DNA of 64,000 bases from Octopus vulgaris (Eukaryota), in the NCBI GenBank assembly GCA_951406725.2, contig OX597820.1, positions 4,154,001 through 4,218,000 on the forward strand, written 5' to 3'. The notes beneath the pieces were generated by a model. The model searched no databases. It had not been told where the DNA came from and saw nothing but the letters and a program-made list of their open reading frames with translations. How positions within the stretch are numbered: the stretch's first letter is position 1; every line of letters begins with the position of its first letter. The translations under genes and the position numbers were made by a program. Positions 48,873-63,440 of this stretch are shown here, in pieces.

Positions 48873-51800
48873 TGTGTCTATCTAAGGTTGTCTTCTTCCT
48901 GTTGTTAGCTGTCCATGTTTATCATGATTGTCATCTTCATGGTGCTGTAAAACAATAATTCTACCAAACTCTGCTTACGGCTGTTATTGCATGTTTGGTC
49001 TGCTGTCAATATCTGGTGAAGGGGTTTAGCTTCAGACCATTCCTGCTTGAGCAGAATTATGATCAAAAGCTCTCCAGCCGTTACCAGCATTCTTTATACT
49101 AGTTAGAGTACATTGACTAATACATTCCAGCAATGCATTGTAGATTTGGTTGATGTTATCTGTTTGGATTCTGAGATTTTTCTTGCAGACTATAAGAGGT
49201 CTGGTTCTTGCATGAAACCTTCTACTCTTGGTGTTCATGGGTTCAACTATTTTGACTCTTGTCATATTCATTACCCAACAGACAAGGGGCAATTCTGAAA
49301 GCTGGTGGTTGAGAACTTGATTCTTCCTTGGCAGCCTAATGGTTACTAAGAAGGGTTTGTCGTATGTTGTGGTGCTGATCACCAGAGGCCGGTGTGGCAT
49401 AGTTGCTTTTGAGTAACCAACACTTTAAGTTCTAGCTCAAGGAATAAAACTTCTGGCAAAGAATTTCTCAAAATATTTCTAATTTTGATCAGTGGTTTCA
49501 ATACAATTGTTTTAAAATTTGCATTTTTAAAAATTAAAAGCTTCTTGAAAAAAATTTCAGATAACAAAAAAAAGTAAATTTCATGTCAAACAAGAAGATG
49601 GTCCAACATGCAGGACCATGTATGGTATGACAACGTGTCGGACATACTGTCATCTCAGTTTGTTAAGGGGTGGGGTGATGAGGAGTCAGCAATGTGTTCA
49701 GCTTAATTTGGGGTCAGAATATGAAGATATTGAGCTGTATATGCAGCTATTTATTTTTTTGTGCAGGAACCCTGGTGGAGGGTAAAGTTAGACACAGGGT
49801 TTCCAGTTCTGAGAGGATTATTATTACTTTTTTTTTTAGATAAACCACATCTGCAGAGAATTAAAAAAAACAAAAAAAACATTTTATCTTTTACTTGTTT
49901 CAGTCATTAGACTGTGGCCATGCTGGGGCACCACCTTCAAGAATTTTGATCAAACAAATCAACCCCAGTACTTATATTTTTCATATTCTATTGCTCTCTT
50001 TTACCGAACCCTTAAGTTATGGGGCATAAACACATGACCACCAATTGTATGTTGTAGATGTATGTTACTGTAAACAAAACAATATCTTGTTTACTAAAAT
50101 TTCCAGACATTCAGGTCTTCCTATTCAGAACAAAATAGAGTATAATTCTACACCAAAATTGCTTTAACATCAAATTCCTTGATTGTATGGATCAGGCAAA
50201 TGTATAGGGGCAGATTGGCCATGGCTAGATGCCCTTCCTCTCTATAAACCCACTCATAAGGCTCTGGTCAATGTGGTGCTATAATGGAAGACCGTTTGCT
50301 TTAAGTGCCATGCAGTGGGACTGAACTGAAAACCATGTGGTTGAGAGACTTCTTAATCACACAACCACACATTCTGCCAACAACGTCTCTAAACCTAATT
50401 CAATAAGAGAGAGAAGCGAAGAAATGTTACTGCAATGAATGTTTAAACATCTTCAAACCCTCAATATTTGGTAATGCAACGATTCTAATTAATAATAATT
50501 GTTCTTGTACTTCTGCATGGATATCATTTTCTTTTAGGGCAGCAATTAGTCTTTTAAATGGTTACATTTTGCTTTACAAATATTCTTGATAATTTTCAAC
50601 TTTAGCTGGTTTTCACCAAAATAGTAGGGATTCATAATTATTTTATTATATCATTTTACTTTTGTTTACAGTATTGTTATAGTACAGTTTGTAGTATAGC
50701 TAGTGTTTATATTTTTGTTATAGTATTGTTTGGTCCACAAGTCATCAGCTGCTGGTACGCTGTGAGTTTCCAGAAAAACAATAGCATAATTTCAGTAATT
50801 TTGCCTCATGCACTGCAGTAAACAACTTACCAGCTGGCCGGTGGAGCATGGTACTCACCGACTGTGGTAGAAATTGTTGTAAGTAAATGTAGTGGATTTG
50901 TGATATGACAATATATTTTCTATTTACCATAGCTTACTGGTTTGGTATTAAGATTATATTTCTGCTTGCGCTTGTAGAAAGGAAGTTGTTTCTAACGATG
51001 TGGAGAGATCAGAAGGGAGGGAGTCAACTTTTATTATAGTCATTATATATATATTTTGTTTTCGGTATAGATTAATATTACTGGTCCCTGGCATACTGGA
51101 AAGAAAAAATATTTCGGTATGCCACATCTGATGGTTTGAGAAGCATTGGTTTATAGTATTGTTAAGGTTTCATAATTTACGCTGTTTGCACATAAAAACC
51201 ATTTTTCTTCCTTAAATGTTATTTACTCTTCAGAACAATTCTTCCAAATGGATGATATCCTCATAACATGCTCAAACCACATCAAATTCACATTTCATGT
51301 GAGCAACTCTTTTCATAGTTTAAGAATAATAAATAATTCTACCAAAAAAGTTAATTTTTTGTAAGTGCTTGAAAGTTAAAATGGCAATTATTGAAACATC
51401 TCTTGATGCCAGGAGACTATCGTATCTAAGAATATGACTAATCTAATAATGTCTTTAAAAAAGGTACATTAAAATTTGCCTAAAGTGAAGACTTTTGTCA
51501 TTAAATTCAGTTTAGATCAGCTAAAATTTGCTTCTACAAATTTTAGTCACCATCATCATCATCATCATCATCTACTGTCCTTTTACCATGCTGGCCTGAA
51601 TTGGATGGTTGACAGTATCCAGTGAGCTACAGGGCTGGATCAGGTTCCAATGTTGGGTTTGGCATGGTTTCAATGGCTGCACACCCTTATTAGTGCCAAC
51701 CACTTTACAGTGTGTTTTACCTGTGCTACTGGCACTGCTAAGGTTGCCAAGTAACTTGCAAGACAGGAAAAGACAAGAAATCCCTTGACTAAATCTGGAT

Positions 51801-54800
51801 TAAATCACAATAACCGGATGTCGACTTTTAAAGTCATTTGAAACTTCAATACTTTTTCTAAATTTTGGTTCCAGGATTATGGGGGGGGGGGAGGAAGAAA
51901 GAGAGAACCTTAAGTGAATAAATTTTCACCTGATGATAGCTCAACATGTAACTGATATAATTAAAGTTGTGACTACCTGCAAAAGTTTAGACATAACACC
52001 ATAATTAACAATCAGGATAAACAAAAACAGCAAAGTTTATTTCTTGCTCTGAACCCTTCAAACAAATGTGAATGAATCTATGAATAATTCAACAAATAAT
52101 TTTTTTTAAAAAAAGGGGAAAATTAAAATAATCAAAATATTTTCCCATCTCACCTAAAATTAATAATTTTCATCAGATGGATTAACAAATTGTCTCCCCT
52201 GACTATGAAGTTCTCTAATTGAAGTTCAACACGTTTAGTTGTAATATGTGAGAATGGTAAATGGTGTCTGTGAGAACAAAGAATTGCATTGCTTAATGTC
52301 TTGATTAAAAATTGGTACAAAACCAACCTCTGCCAGATTGCAGGAAATAAGAGATTTTATTTGGTACTCTTGGTATTCCTGTAATGACCGACAGATTAGT
52401 TGGCCAAATGGACGTGGTCTTCATTTTGGTTTAAATTGTGGATAAGCAAAAATAATCAAGGTTCAAGTATGAATATATTGTGTGTGTGTATTTAAAGTGG
52501 TTATATGCAGGATAGGCAACGGGGATCACCAAAGGAGGAAAAAGCCCAGCGTAAAGCTGAGCGAATCTACCCACAAATGATAAAGACCACCACTGCAGCA
52601 TTTGCTACAGTATCTGCAAATTCCAGAAAGGTCTGCATTCCCACATGAGACAAAACAATAAAGAATTCGACGAAGAACTCTGGAAAACTGTGTCCTTCCT
52701 GAATCCTCATTCACCATAGCAACAAGAGAGTTCAATAATACACACACACACACATCCTTTAACCAGGATGCCTTAGTAAACAACACTCCAACTCATTGAC
52801 ACTAAATTCGCTGCCCATTTTGTTCCAAACTTCTCATCTACACCAAAATTTTATTGAATCTCCTTCATTCTTCAAATTTTGTCAACAAGGTAACCTCAAC
52901 CTACTAGAAATAGCAGTCAAATCCTCACTATTTAAAAAAACAAACCTGATAATGTATTCCTAGATATAGGAAAAGATGAGGTTCTGACAGCTTTGATAAC
53001 AGACATGCTGGACTCGGGTAGCCTCGGCCAAATTACAACACAGCCACTAAGTGTGGACAGCTGTGTCTTTGTTCCAAACCCAGCAAAGTAACCATCATCA
53101 TTTAATGTCTGTTTTCCTTGCTGGCATGAGTTGGATATTCTTTCCATTCCACTCTTGACACAATTACACACCAGAGGGCTCTGATCCTTGAAAATAAGGT
53201 TTTTCCTAGTGTTTGTAAAGTCTTCAACAGCGGTTGCCATGGGAACCTCTTGGTTAAGCTGCTGGCCTACAGGCTACCAGCTATAGGCTACGTGTCTTGG
53301 ATTAATAAGATTTTTCTCCAACCAATATTCAAGTTAGATGTACCCTAAGGTTTGGTTATGAGCCCAACATTTGTTTTCTGTAAATCAAGGATCCATTTGT
53401 TGTCTCATCTAACAACAAATATTCTAACATCACCTTTTAACTCTTCCTCTTTATTCACCACAATCTCATCTACAAATCACTTAAACACTCCCTGTTGTAG
53501 TGGAAGCACTGTCTCAAATATGTGGATTTTATTTTATTTGATCTGAGACAGCGCTTCAACTAGTTAAGCACCATTTATCTACAGAGACCACTATTTTAAA
53601 TCCCTTTTATACAACAACTAATATCAATCTAGTCTCAGAAGGTTTGTGAGAGTGGAAGGTGCAACCCCCTTCTTCCAGAGCAAACTAATAAAAAAAAAAC
53701 AGTACACCTTATACACCCACCTCTTTTATCAACATCCTTACTGTGTTACAATCCCTAGATTCCCAGAACTGAATCCTTTACCAAATTTTTTTCCCTAATC
53801 ATTTCTCCCAAAGATGTTCCCTTATTTAGGTTGCATCGGCAACATAAATGAAGTTCAGGGGTACTGACCTTTTCACTTCCACTGAGTGGAAAAAGAAAAA
53901 AAAAATATAAAAAAACATACACAACATATTGAACTTTTATAAATATATAAACACTAAGAGGTATTAAATCCCTCGGTAATTAATAATGATTTGACACATG
54001 AGGCATTTTGTAAATTTTCATTTTTCATTAAAAAAGAAAACCTTTATAAAATACATGTTTTCTTGAGATGGAAATAGCAATTTCTTGTATTGGTATATGG
54101 CCACAGATTTGCATAAGTGGAGTATAGGTGATTGAATTTATCCCTCACTATGTGATCAAGACTTATTTTAACAATCCTGAAGGAGGTAACAGGTAAAGCC
54201 ACCCCTATCAAGATTTGAACTGAGAAAGTAGGACAAAAATTACTATCAAACTACAGTTTCAACTGCTCCACAGCCGGAATAATAATTGATTCTAGCACAG
54301 GTACAAGATCTGAAATTTAGGGAAAGGGGTTCAGTCGATAGCATTGAACTCAGTACATGACTGGTACTTTATTTTATCGACCCTGAAAGGATGAAAGGCA
54401 AAGTTGACCTAAGCAGGAGTTGAACTCAGAATGTCAAGGGCTGTACTATATTTCAACAATGTGAAATAGCTTTATTTATGCCTATTCAACATTGAGTGTC
54501 TCCCAACTTTAAAAGGTCCACAAAAAATGAACTAAATAACTGAGATTATATTGAATGGAATTTCTTTGTAAAGAACTGATGAGGCCGACAACAGACAAGT
54601 AGTAATTATTCAATCAAATGTGTTACTTTTGCCACCGGATTAATTAATAAAATTGATGAAGTTTGAGCTGAGATCTTTGCTAATTGTTCAGTCTTTCTGT
54701 TTGTCTATAAAATATTCACTGCAAGGACTACATTTTCAGAATTATAAAGCAATAATGTTTTGATATTTGACAGTCAATCAACAAATTAATCATACATTTT

Positions 54801-55159
54801 AACAAATGCTAATCAAACTTGTAACGTGGGTTTTACACTTTGAGAGTAAAGAATGCATGTACGCACAGACACAGCACGGCACTGACGCTAATTCTCCTCT
54901 GCCAACTAAATAAAATGGCATTTTAAGTAAAACTCAACCTCGCTTCATTAATGAAAAATTCAATGAAGTAACAACTGAAACTTAACGAGGGCTGAGAAAT
55001 GACAGGAGTAATTAACATGGATCTACAATTGCCAAAATATGGCAATGATTCTTAGAACCATTTTGGTTGATTATAGAGCCAAATGTTCCATGATGCTGCA
55101 GCATTTTGCAAGCAGGCCATCTTTTGTTTTGCTGCTACTACTACTACTACTACAATGAC

Positions 55160-55880
55160 AATCCTTTCTCCTATAGGCACAAGGCCTGAAATTTTGTGGA
55201 GAGGGATCAAGTCAGTTACGCACTGACCCCAGTGTTCAACAGGTACATATTTCATTGACCCCAAAAGGATGAAAGGCAAAGTTGACCTTGGAATAGCTAC
55301 TTAGAACTTCGTTTGACATGGTTAACGATTCTGCCATCTTGCCACTTTAATAATAATAATTGACTTCAGTGGAATCTGAACTCAGGATGAATGTCGTTAA
55401 TTTGCTTGGTGTGCTAACGATTCTGCCAGCTTGCCACCTTAAGAATAATTAAATTTTTCTTCTACAGGCATAAATCCTGAAATTTGGTGGGAAAAGGTCA
55501 GTCGATGACATCAACCCTAATACTTGACCGGTTCCTTATTACATCAACCTCAGCAGAATTTGGAATTAGAATGGAAAAGCTGTAAGTATTTTGCCTGGAG
55601 TGCTGCTAATGGTTCCGCCAGCTGGTTGCCATAAACTAATAATAATGGTTTCAAATTTTGCCACAAGGGCAGCAATTTTGGAGGAAGGTTTGAGTTGATT
55701 ACATCAATCCCACAGTATGTAACTGGTACTTAATTTAATGACCTTGAAAGGATGAAAGGCAAAGTCGACCTTGGTGGAATTTGAACTCAGAACATAGCAG
55801 CAGACAGAATACCGCTAAGCATTTGGCTCGGCGTGCTAATGTTTTTGCCAGCTTGCCACCATAATAATAATAATAATAAT
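55160..55880 (-). mobile_element. Tandem array of Meta/Sauria-type SINE fragments with (AAT)n spacers
   Basis: About four consecutive partial copies of the gaaaggatgaaaggcaaagt/ttctgccagcttgccac module. Confidence 0.75.
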
Positions 55881-56090
55881 AAACATGTTTGCCATGTGTA
55901 AAATAAACAGCCTAAAGGTTGACAGTTAAATCCTGTACCATGATTGCAAGGAATCTCTGCAACCAAATATGCAATCCAGTTTACCTGACACATAAGTATA
56001 CTAGAAGCTCTACATTCTTCTAATACAGGTGAGTAACGAGTACTGACAAATTTTTGTACTAAATAGAAAATGAAATTTAAATATCTGTGC

Positions 56091-56125
<35 letters not shown>

Positions 56126-56749
56126 CATACACACTGGCATTCGTGTATATATATATACATGCTAACATTAACATACACAGGTAAATTTTGCAAAGCTTGA
56201 GCAAGTAAAGCGTGGAAACTAGTTTTATCCTAGTTGAGCAATTGAGTGAATTGACTTCACTTCTGACAAGGCCCCAAGTTGGATGTTGAAGCAGTTGGAA
56301 TTGATATCTCCTTCCTGTCTTCACAAAACTTCATCTTTCTCTCCCCTACACTCCAGTTTAGCAAAGCGATTTGAACAATTTTAAAAAATTTTTAAAGGGT
56401 AGAAATTAAGGGAGATAACTATGCCTGACTAGCAGCTTTATTCATCCAGATTCCCCCAAATTCAATGAAAATCGCAATCTTTTACAAATGCTTAAAAAAA
56501 CTTTCCACATTTATTTGACAATTAGGTATGATTTTTTTTTGTGTTTTCTTAAATATATTAAAAATTTCCTTATACATTTTTAAATGTTTCTTTTAATATT
56601 CTTTTTGCATAATATATATTTTTCATTTTTATTTTTTTCCAAAAACATTTTGTAGTCGTCTTTAAATACAAAGCTAATGAAAGAATGGCGGGTTTTGAGG
56701 GGCAGTATTGAAGGAAGGGAAGGAAAAAAGAGAGAAACCTTGATAAGTC

Positions 56750-57019
56750 TCAGTCAGATTTTATACCATTACTTTTTGCAGTTCCATTTTTGTTTGGTAA
56801 ACTGCCATTGTGCTGCATATTACACTTGACGCTACCATTACTCATTCTACTAACATCCACAGTTGGTTTTTTCTTGAAATATTCCTTCCAGTAGAAATCA
56901 CCAAACAACACAAGCATCATTAGAGCATTGGCTGTGATAGCTTTGGCAAATATCACTGGATAATTACACTCTATAAATAGAAGTTGAATGCTGTGGACAA
57001 GCATGGCTATGAATTGGAT
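56750..57019 (-). CDS. ELOVL7: Very-long-chain fatty acid elongase (ELOVL1/7-like), terminal coding exon
   Basis: Acceptor tttgtttgcag| at 57020-57021; IQFIAMLVHSIQLLFIECNYP..LFGDFYWKEY..NGIKSD*; joins in phase 0 to the upstream exon. Symbol reflects the family; ELOVL1 vs 7 orthology is not resolved. Confidence 0.85.
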   Translation of the reverse strand: MQFIAMLVHSIQLLFIECNYPVIFAKAITANALMMLVLFGDFYWKEYFKKKPTVDVSRMSNGSVKCNMQHNGSLPNKNGTAKSNGIKSD

Positions 57020-57082
57020 CTGCAAACAAAAAGAAAAACAGAAAGAAATTAATATTTTGCCCATCGTTTCCAGAAGATTTTA

Positions 57083-57645
57083 TTGGGTTGTCCAGAGAGT
57101 CGGTGCCGATTTATAGTAGCTTACCTTTCGACTTATTTTAGAACATGGTTGAGTCCATAAAATAGGATTTGACTACACCTCCATTTAGAGCACAGTTTAA
57201 GCTATCTTTTCGTGGAAGAAGGTTTATGTTCCTATAACCTGTGTTAATTCTGTAACCCTTTAAAATGTAAGATAAGTTCATTTTCGGCACTTGCTTGCTT
57301 TGGGAACCAGACAAAAATTGCTGCAGCTTGGCTGGGATGTGTTACCCCACCCTCCATATTCACCAGATATTGCTCCTTCAGACTTCCACTTATTCAGGTC
57401 TCTGCAGAATAGTCTTAATGGTAAAAATTTCAATTCCTTGGATGATGTAAAAAGATACCTTGATGAATTCTTTGCCATGAAACCATCTCAATTCTGGGAA
57501 GAGGGTATTTTCAAGTTAAAGGAAAGATGGAGACGCATTGTGCAACGAAATGGTTCATATTTGGTTGACTAAAAATGTAATGGCAAGTATTTATTGACCT
57601 TTTTCTTTCCTTTAAAAATCAGCACAAACTTTCTGGACAACCCAA
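57083..57645 (+). mobile_element. Internally deleted mariner element with both TIRs, in the last ELOVL intron
   Basis: TIRs ttgggttgtccagagagtcggtgccgattt / aaatcagcacaaactttctggacaacccaa, TA on the left; retains WDVLPHPPYSPDIAPSDFHLFRSLQN. Confidence 0.9.
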
Positions 57646-58521
57646 TGTATACATATGCACACACACATGTATATATGTATGTATATATATGTGTGTGTAT
57701 ATGTATATATACACATATGCACACACACACACATAAATGTAATAAATTTCAATGAGAAGAGATATCAAAATGTTTGAAGACATAATTGCAATTAAGAAAC
57801 TCAACATGGAGACTAATTACATTCATTTTCTCTTTCTCCAATTAATATTTTGTTTAGTATTTTTTTTTTTTTTTGTCTTTTCTGCATCTATTGTATGTGT
57901 AATATCAAATGTCATATTTTTCTTCATTTAAATTTCAATTGCTGAAGAAATGAAGGATCGAAAGGAATGAGTTCTGAAGTAGTGGGGAAGATGGAGTTGG
58001 CCCTTAATTACCATTACTCTCACATCCCATCCATGGGTTAAATAGATTCCCCAGGAGTAGAAGAGGTTGCTAGTATTTTTGACAAAGCTGTGCGGGAAGG
58101 CAGCTCTTGTAGGAGAAAGAAACTCTGGCTTAAAATTTACAGTCAAAACAGTACCAGACATTTTGCAATGCTTGTCATTGGAACCTGGCAACTGAGAGAG
58201 AATGGCGAAAGTGTTGTACAAGCTTTTGGCACTTCAATCCAATGACGTGCGGATGTCTCACTGTCGTTTCATTTCTTGATCTGTTTTGTATTCTATAAAA
58301 GCCACATGGCGATGGGTGTGTGGCAACATGTAAAGTCATAATCCTTCAAGGATGAAAATAAATCAGAGCAATGAGGTTGAATGTGAGACAGCCATCATCT
58401 GACAAGATGAGGCAAATGTCATATAAACACACACACTTATACATGCAAAATACAGATATTGATACAAATATTAAACTTTGTGTGTTGTATTCATGGGTTT
58501 CATGTAACGCCATGCAATTAC

Positions 58522-58822
58522 ATCACACCAAATCGTGGCCGATGCCAGCGCCGCCTCGACTGGCTTCCGTGCCGGTGGCACGTAAAATGCACCAATCCGA
58601 CCGTGGCCGTTGCCAGCCTCGCCTGGCACCTGTGCAGGTGGCACGTAAAAAGCACCCACTACACTCACGGAGTGGTTGGCGTTAGGAAGGGCATCCAGCT
58701 GTAGAAACATTGCCAGATAAGACTGGAGCCTGGTGCTGCCTTCTGGCTTCCCAGATCCCCGGTCGAACCGTCCAACCCATGCTAGCATGGAGAACGGACG
58801 TTAAACGATGATGATGATGATG
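58522..58822 (+). mobile_element. RTE 3'-UTR tail copy
   Basis: Tail block and (GAT)n. Confidence 0.8.
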
Positions 58823-59114
58823 ACACACACACGTGTTTGTATGAACGTATTTCTTTCAACATTATAAAAGCCAAGTCATGAGTTCTTTGTATTTTGTTTG
58901 TTGGTTTGCCTCTGTCACGCTATAAGGAATGTGGAAGGAGAGAACAGTGGCATGATGGCACTGAGAGAAAAATGGATTAAAGAGAGAAAGAGAGAGAGTT
59001 ATTAGTAAATCAAAATGAAGGGGGGGACAGGGGGGGGGGAAAATGAAGAGGAAATGAAATCAGATCATATTTGAGAGAAAAAAAACAATATATATATATA
59101 TATACATATATTGT

Positions 59115-59398
59115 TTGTTCCTTCTCAAGCCATGCCTGACTCATAAGGGCCAGTTTCCTTGGTGTATAGATTCCCTACCTGGATGGGACGCTGGTCCGTC
59201 GCAGGTGAGATGCAGGAGGAAAGAGTGAGAGAAAGTTGTGGCAAAAGAGTCAGCAGAAGTTCACCATTACCTTCTGCCGGAGCCGCGAGGAGCTCAGGTG
59301 TTTCGCTCAAGCACACACACATTGCCCGGTCTGAGATCCGAACTCACGATCTCTCGACTGCGAGTCTGCTGCTCTAACCACTAAGCCATGTGCCTCCC
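59115..59398 (-). mobile_element. tRNA-derived SINE
   Basis: Minus-strand head ggaggcacatggcttagtggttagagc...gagttcggatctc (A/B boxes). Confidence 0.7.
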
Positions 59399-59879
59399 CA
59401 CATATATAGTTAAGAGAAATTACAGTGAATAAGAAGACTGACATTAGTTCTCTGTAACTTAATGCAATAAAGTGTTCTCTGATGATCCGTTCAGGTTAAG
59501 CATCAAATTCAACAGGAAGTTCCGGAAAACCACAATGGTGAAATGTACAAAGGAATGAATGATATAAACTTGTGTTTGTTGCAAATTCTCTTACGTTGCT
59601 CTGTATATCATAACTGAGTAAAACTGCTGAGTAGAGAGGAGTTGTTTAACCATTCTACTGGAAGCAGACTGGAAAACAATAATCTACATGGAGGTCTAAA
59701 TGTAACTGTAGCAGTCAGACAGGAGTTTCTTCACACAAAACACACACACACACACACACACACATGCATACCTAATTAGGTAATGAACAAAAAAAGAAGA
59801 CAAGATGAGAGGGACAAGTTTTAAAACAAAAGTACTATTAAAAAAAAGTGTTTAATACTTAAAAGAAAGAGAAAGAATC

Positions 59880-59914
59880 ATTGATGTTTCGGACATTAGT
59901 CCTTCGTCAGAAAA
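59880..59914 (-). ncRNA. Minimal hammerhead motif (partly decayed), sense strand of the ELOVL intron
   Basis: TTT-CTGACGA-A-GGAC-TAAT-GTCC-GAAA-CA-TC-AAT; stem II perfect, stems I and III weak. Confidence 0.55.
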
Positions 59915-60656
59915 TAGGAAAGAAAAGAATGGAAGGGGGAAAAGAAAGTGATGGTGGAAAGGTGGATTTGAAGAAAGTGCTTGCATTCTTCAGCCGTATT
60001 GCAATAAAAATGGCAATGTTCCGACCTTATGCCAGGTTTTGATTTGACATAAGATCTGATTGGTGAGTTGGAAAGGTGATATGGAGCAGAAAGCATCAAA
60101 GGAAGGGAAGACTAAAATATGAAGGATTTATAAAATCATGGGAGACACAAAGACAGCAGTGTACGGTGCTTCCATTAAGAGGTGGGATGTGACAGGTTTG
60201 CTGTTAGATCCTTATGTCCGGCATTGGACATATGGAGGGCAGTGAAGGGGGCAAGAACAAGTGAGAGCCAGATGGAAGCTGAGAAGAAAGAATGGCGAGT
60301 GAAATAGGAGGAGAAGATTGTTGTGACAGAGCTGGAATGGTTACAGTTCCAACCAGTCTGTTGTGGTGGTCAGATGAATGATGAACAAAGAGAAAGAAAA
60401 TTGGGCTACACAGTATGGATCAAAAGAACATGGAGAACATTTCTTAGTAACAGCAATACTGCTTGGCACTGCTGGAAACAACGGCAGCTGGAAGGTGTTG
60501 AAATATTTGTGATGTCCTGTTGACGGCTGATGAAGGGAGTGTTACACGCTCTATGCAAAATACAACACACTCACACACATACAACTACTGACAAACAAAG
60601 GCTAGGATTAGTAACTGTGTCATTAAACGAGATTTGTTATTACAAAATCCACTTAC

Positions 60657-60793
60657 AAGTTGAAGAGTCGTCAAATATTTCTTCCACCACAAATATTTTT
60701 GAAATTTTGGTCCCATGGCAGCTAAACCATAATAGGTATACATGATTAGATGTATAAAAGAGTTAATCATAGCATGGAATGTACCAAATCCAC
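60657..60793 (-). CDS. ELOVL7: Very-long-chain fatty acid elongase (ELOVL1/7-like), penultimate coding exon (137 nt)
   Basis: atttcag| acceptor and |gtaagt donor; [46 protein letters not shown] contains the ELO motifs NxxxHxxMYxYY and TxxQ. Upstream exons (HxxHH box) are not in the window. Confidence 0.92.
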
Positions 60794-62225
60794 CTGAAAT
60801 TAAAACAAAAATTGAAATGTATTCTTGTGTAAAATATTGAAGATTACAATTAGGAAATAGACCATTATTATTATTATTATGATGATGAGCTAGCAGAATT
60901 GTTAGCATGCTGGGTGAAATGCTTTTCATTCTTTTGGGGCTCGATAAATTAAGAACTTGGTTCAATATAATCGATTAACTCCTGGTACCAAAATTTGAAA
61001 CCATTATTATTATTATTATTATTATTGTTGCTGTTGATAAGGGATGGATTACACTGACACCAGTGCTCAACTGGTACATGTGTTATGACCCTGAAAGGAT
61101 GAAAGGCAAAGTTGACTTCAACACAATTTGAGCTCAGAATGGAAAGACAGACGAAATGCCGTGAAGCATTTTGTCTGCTGTGCTAGAAATTCTGTCAGCT
61201 CACTGCCTTAACAATAATGATTATAATAATACAATGACATTATAAAAGACAAGAATAAGCCTCTTCCTGGTTTAGTAAATGATGTCCTTGCTCTCAAAAC
61301 TGAGGAAATTCATAACCCCAAAAAGTCATCAAACAACATGCCCCACAACCACATCAACAAAGAACCATTAATACTCATCTCTTCTTTATGGTTTAACAAA
61401 GTCTCCATCCATTTAATTGACTTCTGTGTCATCTCATATAATAATAATAATAATAATATCTCATTTATTTAGATCTGCTCTGCTTCTGACATTGGTCTAA
61501 CTTCACCTGTGACTATCTTGATACACACGAGCCACAGCTTAATAAAGACAAAATCCATAGAGAGACAAAGTTGACCCTTTCACTGCCAAATTAGATTTCA
61601 TGGTTCTTCCACTAATGATGCTAAAAACCTACCAAAAGCAGAGCTTCCTGAAAGTCACACTACCTTAAAAAACTTGTCATTTCACAACAAAAAGATATTT
61701 CCAGCCATGACATTCCTCAACAAAAAAAATAGATTGGTATATAAAACTGCCTTCAGCAGTAAAGGGTGAAGACATTTTCGGTGGACACATTTCATTTCCA
61801 CAGTAAAAGGATTAATTAGACAACACACAACGGTCCATACAACTACTACTTTGTTAATTACAGTTAATTATTTCACAATTAGGCACAGGTTTCCAACAGG
61901 TTAATTATTAGTTCACTGCACTTCTGATGGCAAAAGTGACAACAGAGTGTCTTTAACTTGGTGCAGAACAAATATTGCAAAGGACTTTTTTCAAACAGTA
62001 TCATTTATTTATTTATTCCTTTTCCAATTGCTATTTACATCCTTTAAAGTTTTTATACCAACAAAAAAATAATATACAATTACATATATACATGTCGAAA
62101 TACTGATGTCCCAGAATCCCATGTGGCAGTGAGCCAAGCACATTATGAATATATTTAACCTAAAAAGGTATTCTCTTGTGACCTACAAAACAACAACTTG
62201 TGTATTTGCATTTGAAACTTCCAGA

Positions 62226-63440
62226 ATCATCATCATCATCATCATTTAGCGTCCGTTTTCCATGCTAGCATGGGTTGGACGGTTCAACTGGGGTCTGGGG
62301 AGCCCGAAGGCTGCACCAGGCCAGTCAGATCTGGCAGTGTTTCTACAGCTGGATGCCCTTCCTAACGCCAACCACTCCGAGAGTGTAGTGGGTGATTTTA
62401 TGTGCCACCGACACAGGTGCCAGACGAGGCTGGCGAACGGCCACGCTCGGATGGTGTTTTTATGTGCCACCGACACAGGTGCCAGACGAGGCTGGCAGAC
62501 GGCCACGCTCGGATGGTGTTTTTATGTGCCACCGACACAGGTGCCAGATGAGGCTGGCGGACGGCCACGATCGGATGGTGTTTGTTACGTCCCCAAAGCA
62601 CGGAGGCCAGTCTATGCGGTACTGGCTACGGCCACGTTCGGATGATTTTCTTGTGTGCCACCGGCACTGGTACCACAAAGATACAAATTCCATTGATGTT
62701 CATCTATTTTGATTTGTTTTGATTTGATTTGATTTGATTTGATTTTCACTTGCCTCAACAGGTCTTCACAAGTGTCACAAGAAGGAAGGTATGCACAGGT
62801 GGACTGACTACGTCCCAGGTAGGGGCCACGGGTTATGGCCTGACTAGTCTTGCCGGGTCTTCGGATGGTGTTTTTATGTGCCACCGACACAGGTGCCAGA
62901 TGAGGCTGGCGAACGGCCACGATCGGATGGTGTTTGTTGCGTGCCCACAGCACGGAGGCCAGTCGATGCGGTACTGGCTACGGCCACGTTCGGATGGTTT
63001 TCTTGTGTGCCACCGGCACTGGTACCACAAGATACAAATTCCATTGATGTTCATCTATTTTGATTTGATTTGATTTGATTTTCACTTGCCTCAACAGGTC
63101 TTCACAAGTGTCACAAGAAGGAAGGAAGGTATGCACAGGTGGACTGACTACGTCCCAAGTAGGGGCCATGGGTTATGGCCTGACTAGTCTTGCCGGGTCT
63201 TCGGTTGGTGTTTTTATGTGCCACCGACACAGGTGCCAGATGAGGCTGGCGGACGGCCACGATCGGATGGTGTTTGTTATGTGCCCACATCACAGAGGCC
63301 AGTCGATGCGGTACTGGCTACGGCCACGTTCGGATGGTTTTCTTGTGTGCCACCGGTACTGGTACCACAAAGATACAAATTCCATTGATGTTCATCTATT
63401 TTGATTTGGTTTGATTTGATTTGATTTGATTTTGATTTGA
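62226..63440 (-). mobile_element. Concatemeric RTE-3'UTR element, inverted near-identical copy of ~26078-27334
   Basis: Same three units in the same order; the 86-aa ORF translations 27051..27311 and 62246..62506 are identical; 62-bp repeat x3; possible TSD tccagaat / tcaagaat. Confidence 0.85.

Noticed and set aside
60528-60560. ctgatgaaggg motif near the ELOVL exon (also ctgatgaggcc at ~54576)
   Set aside because: No downstream GAAA with a closing stem II; insufficient support.
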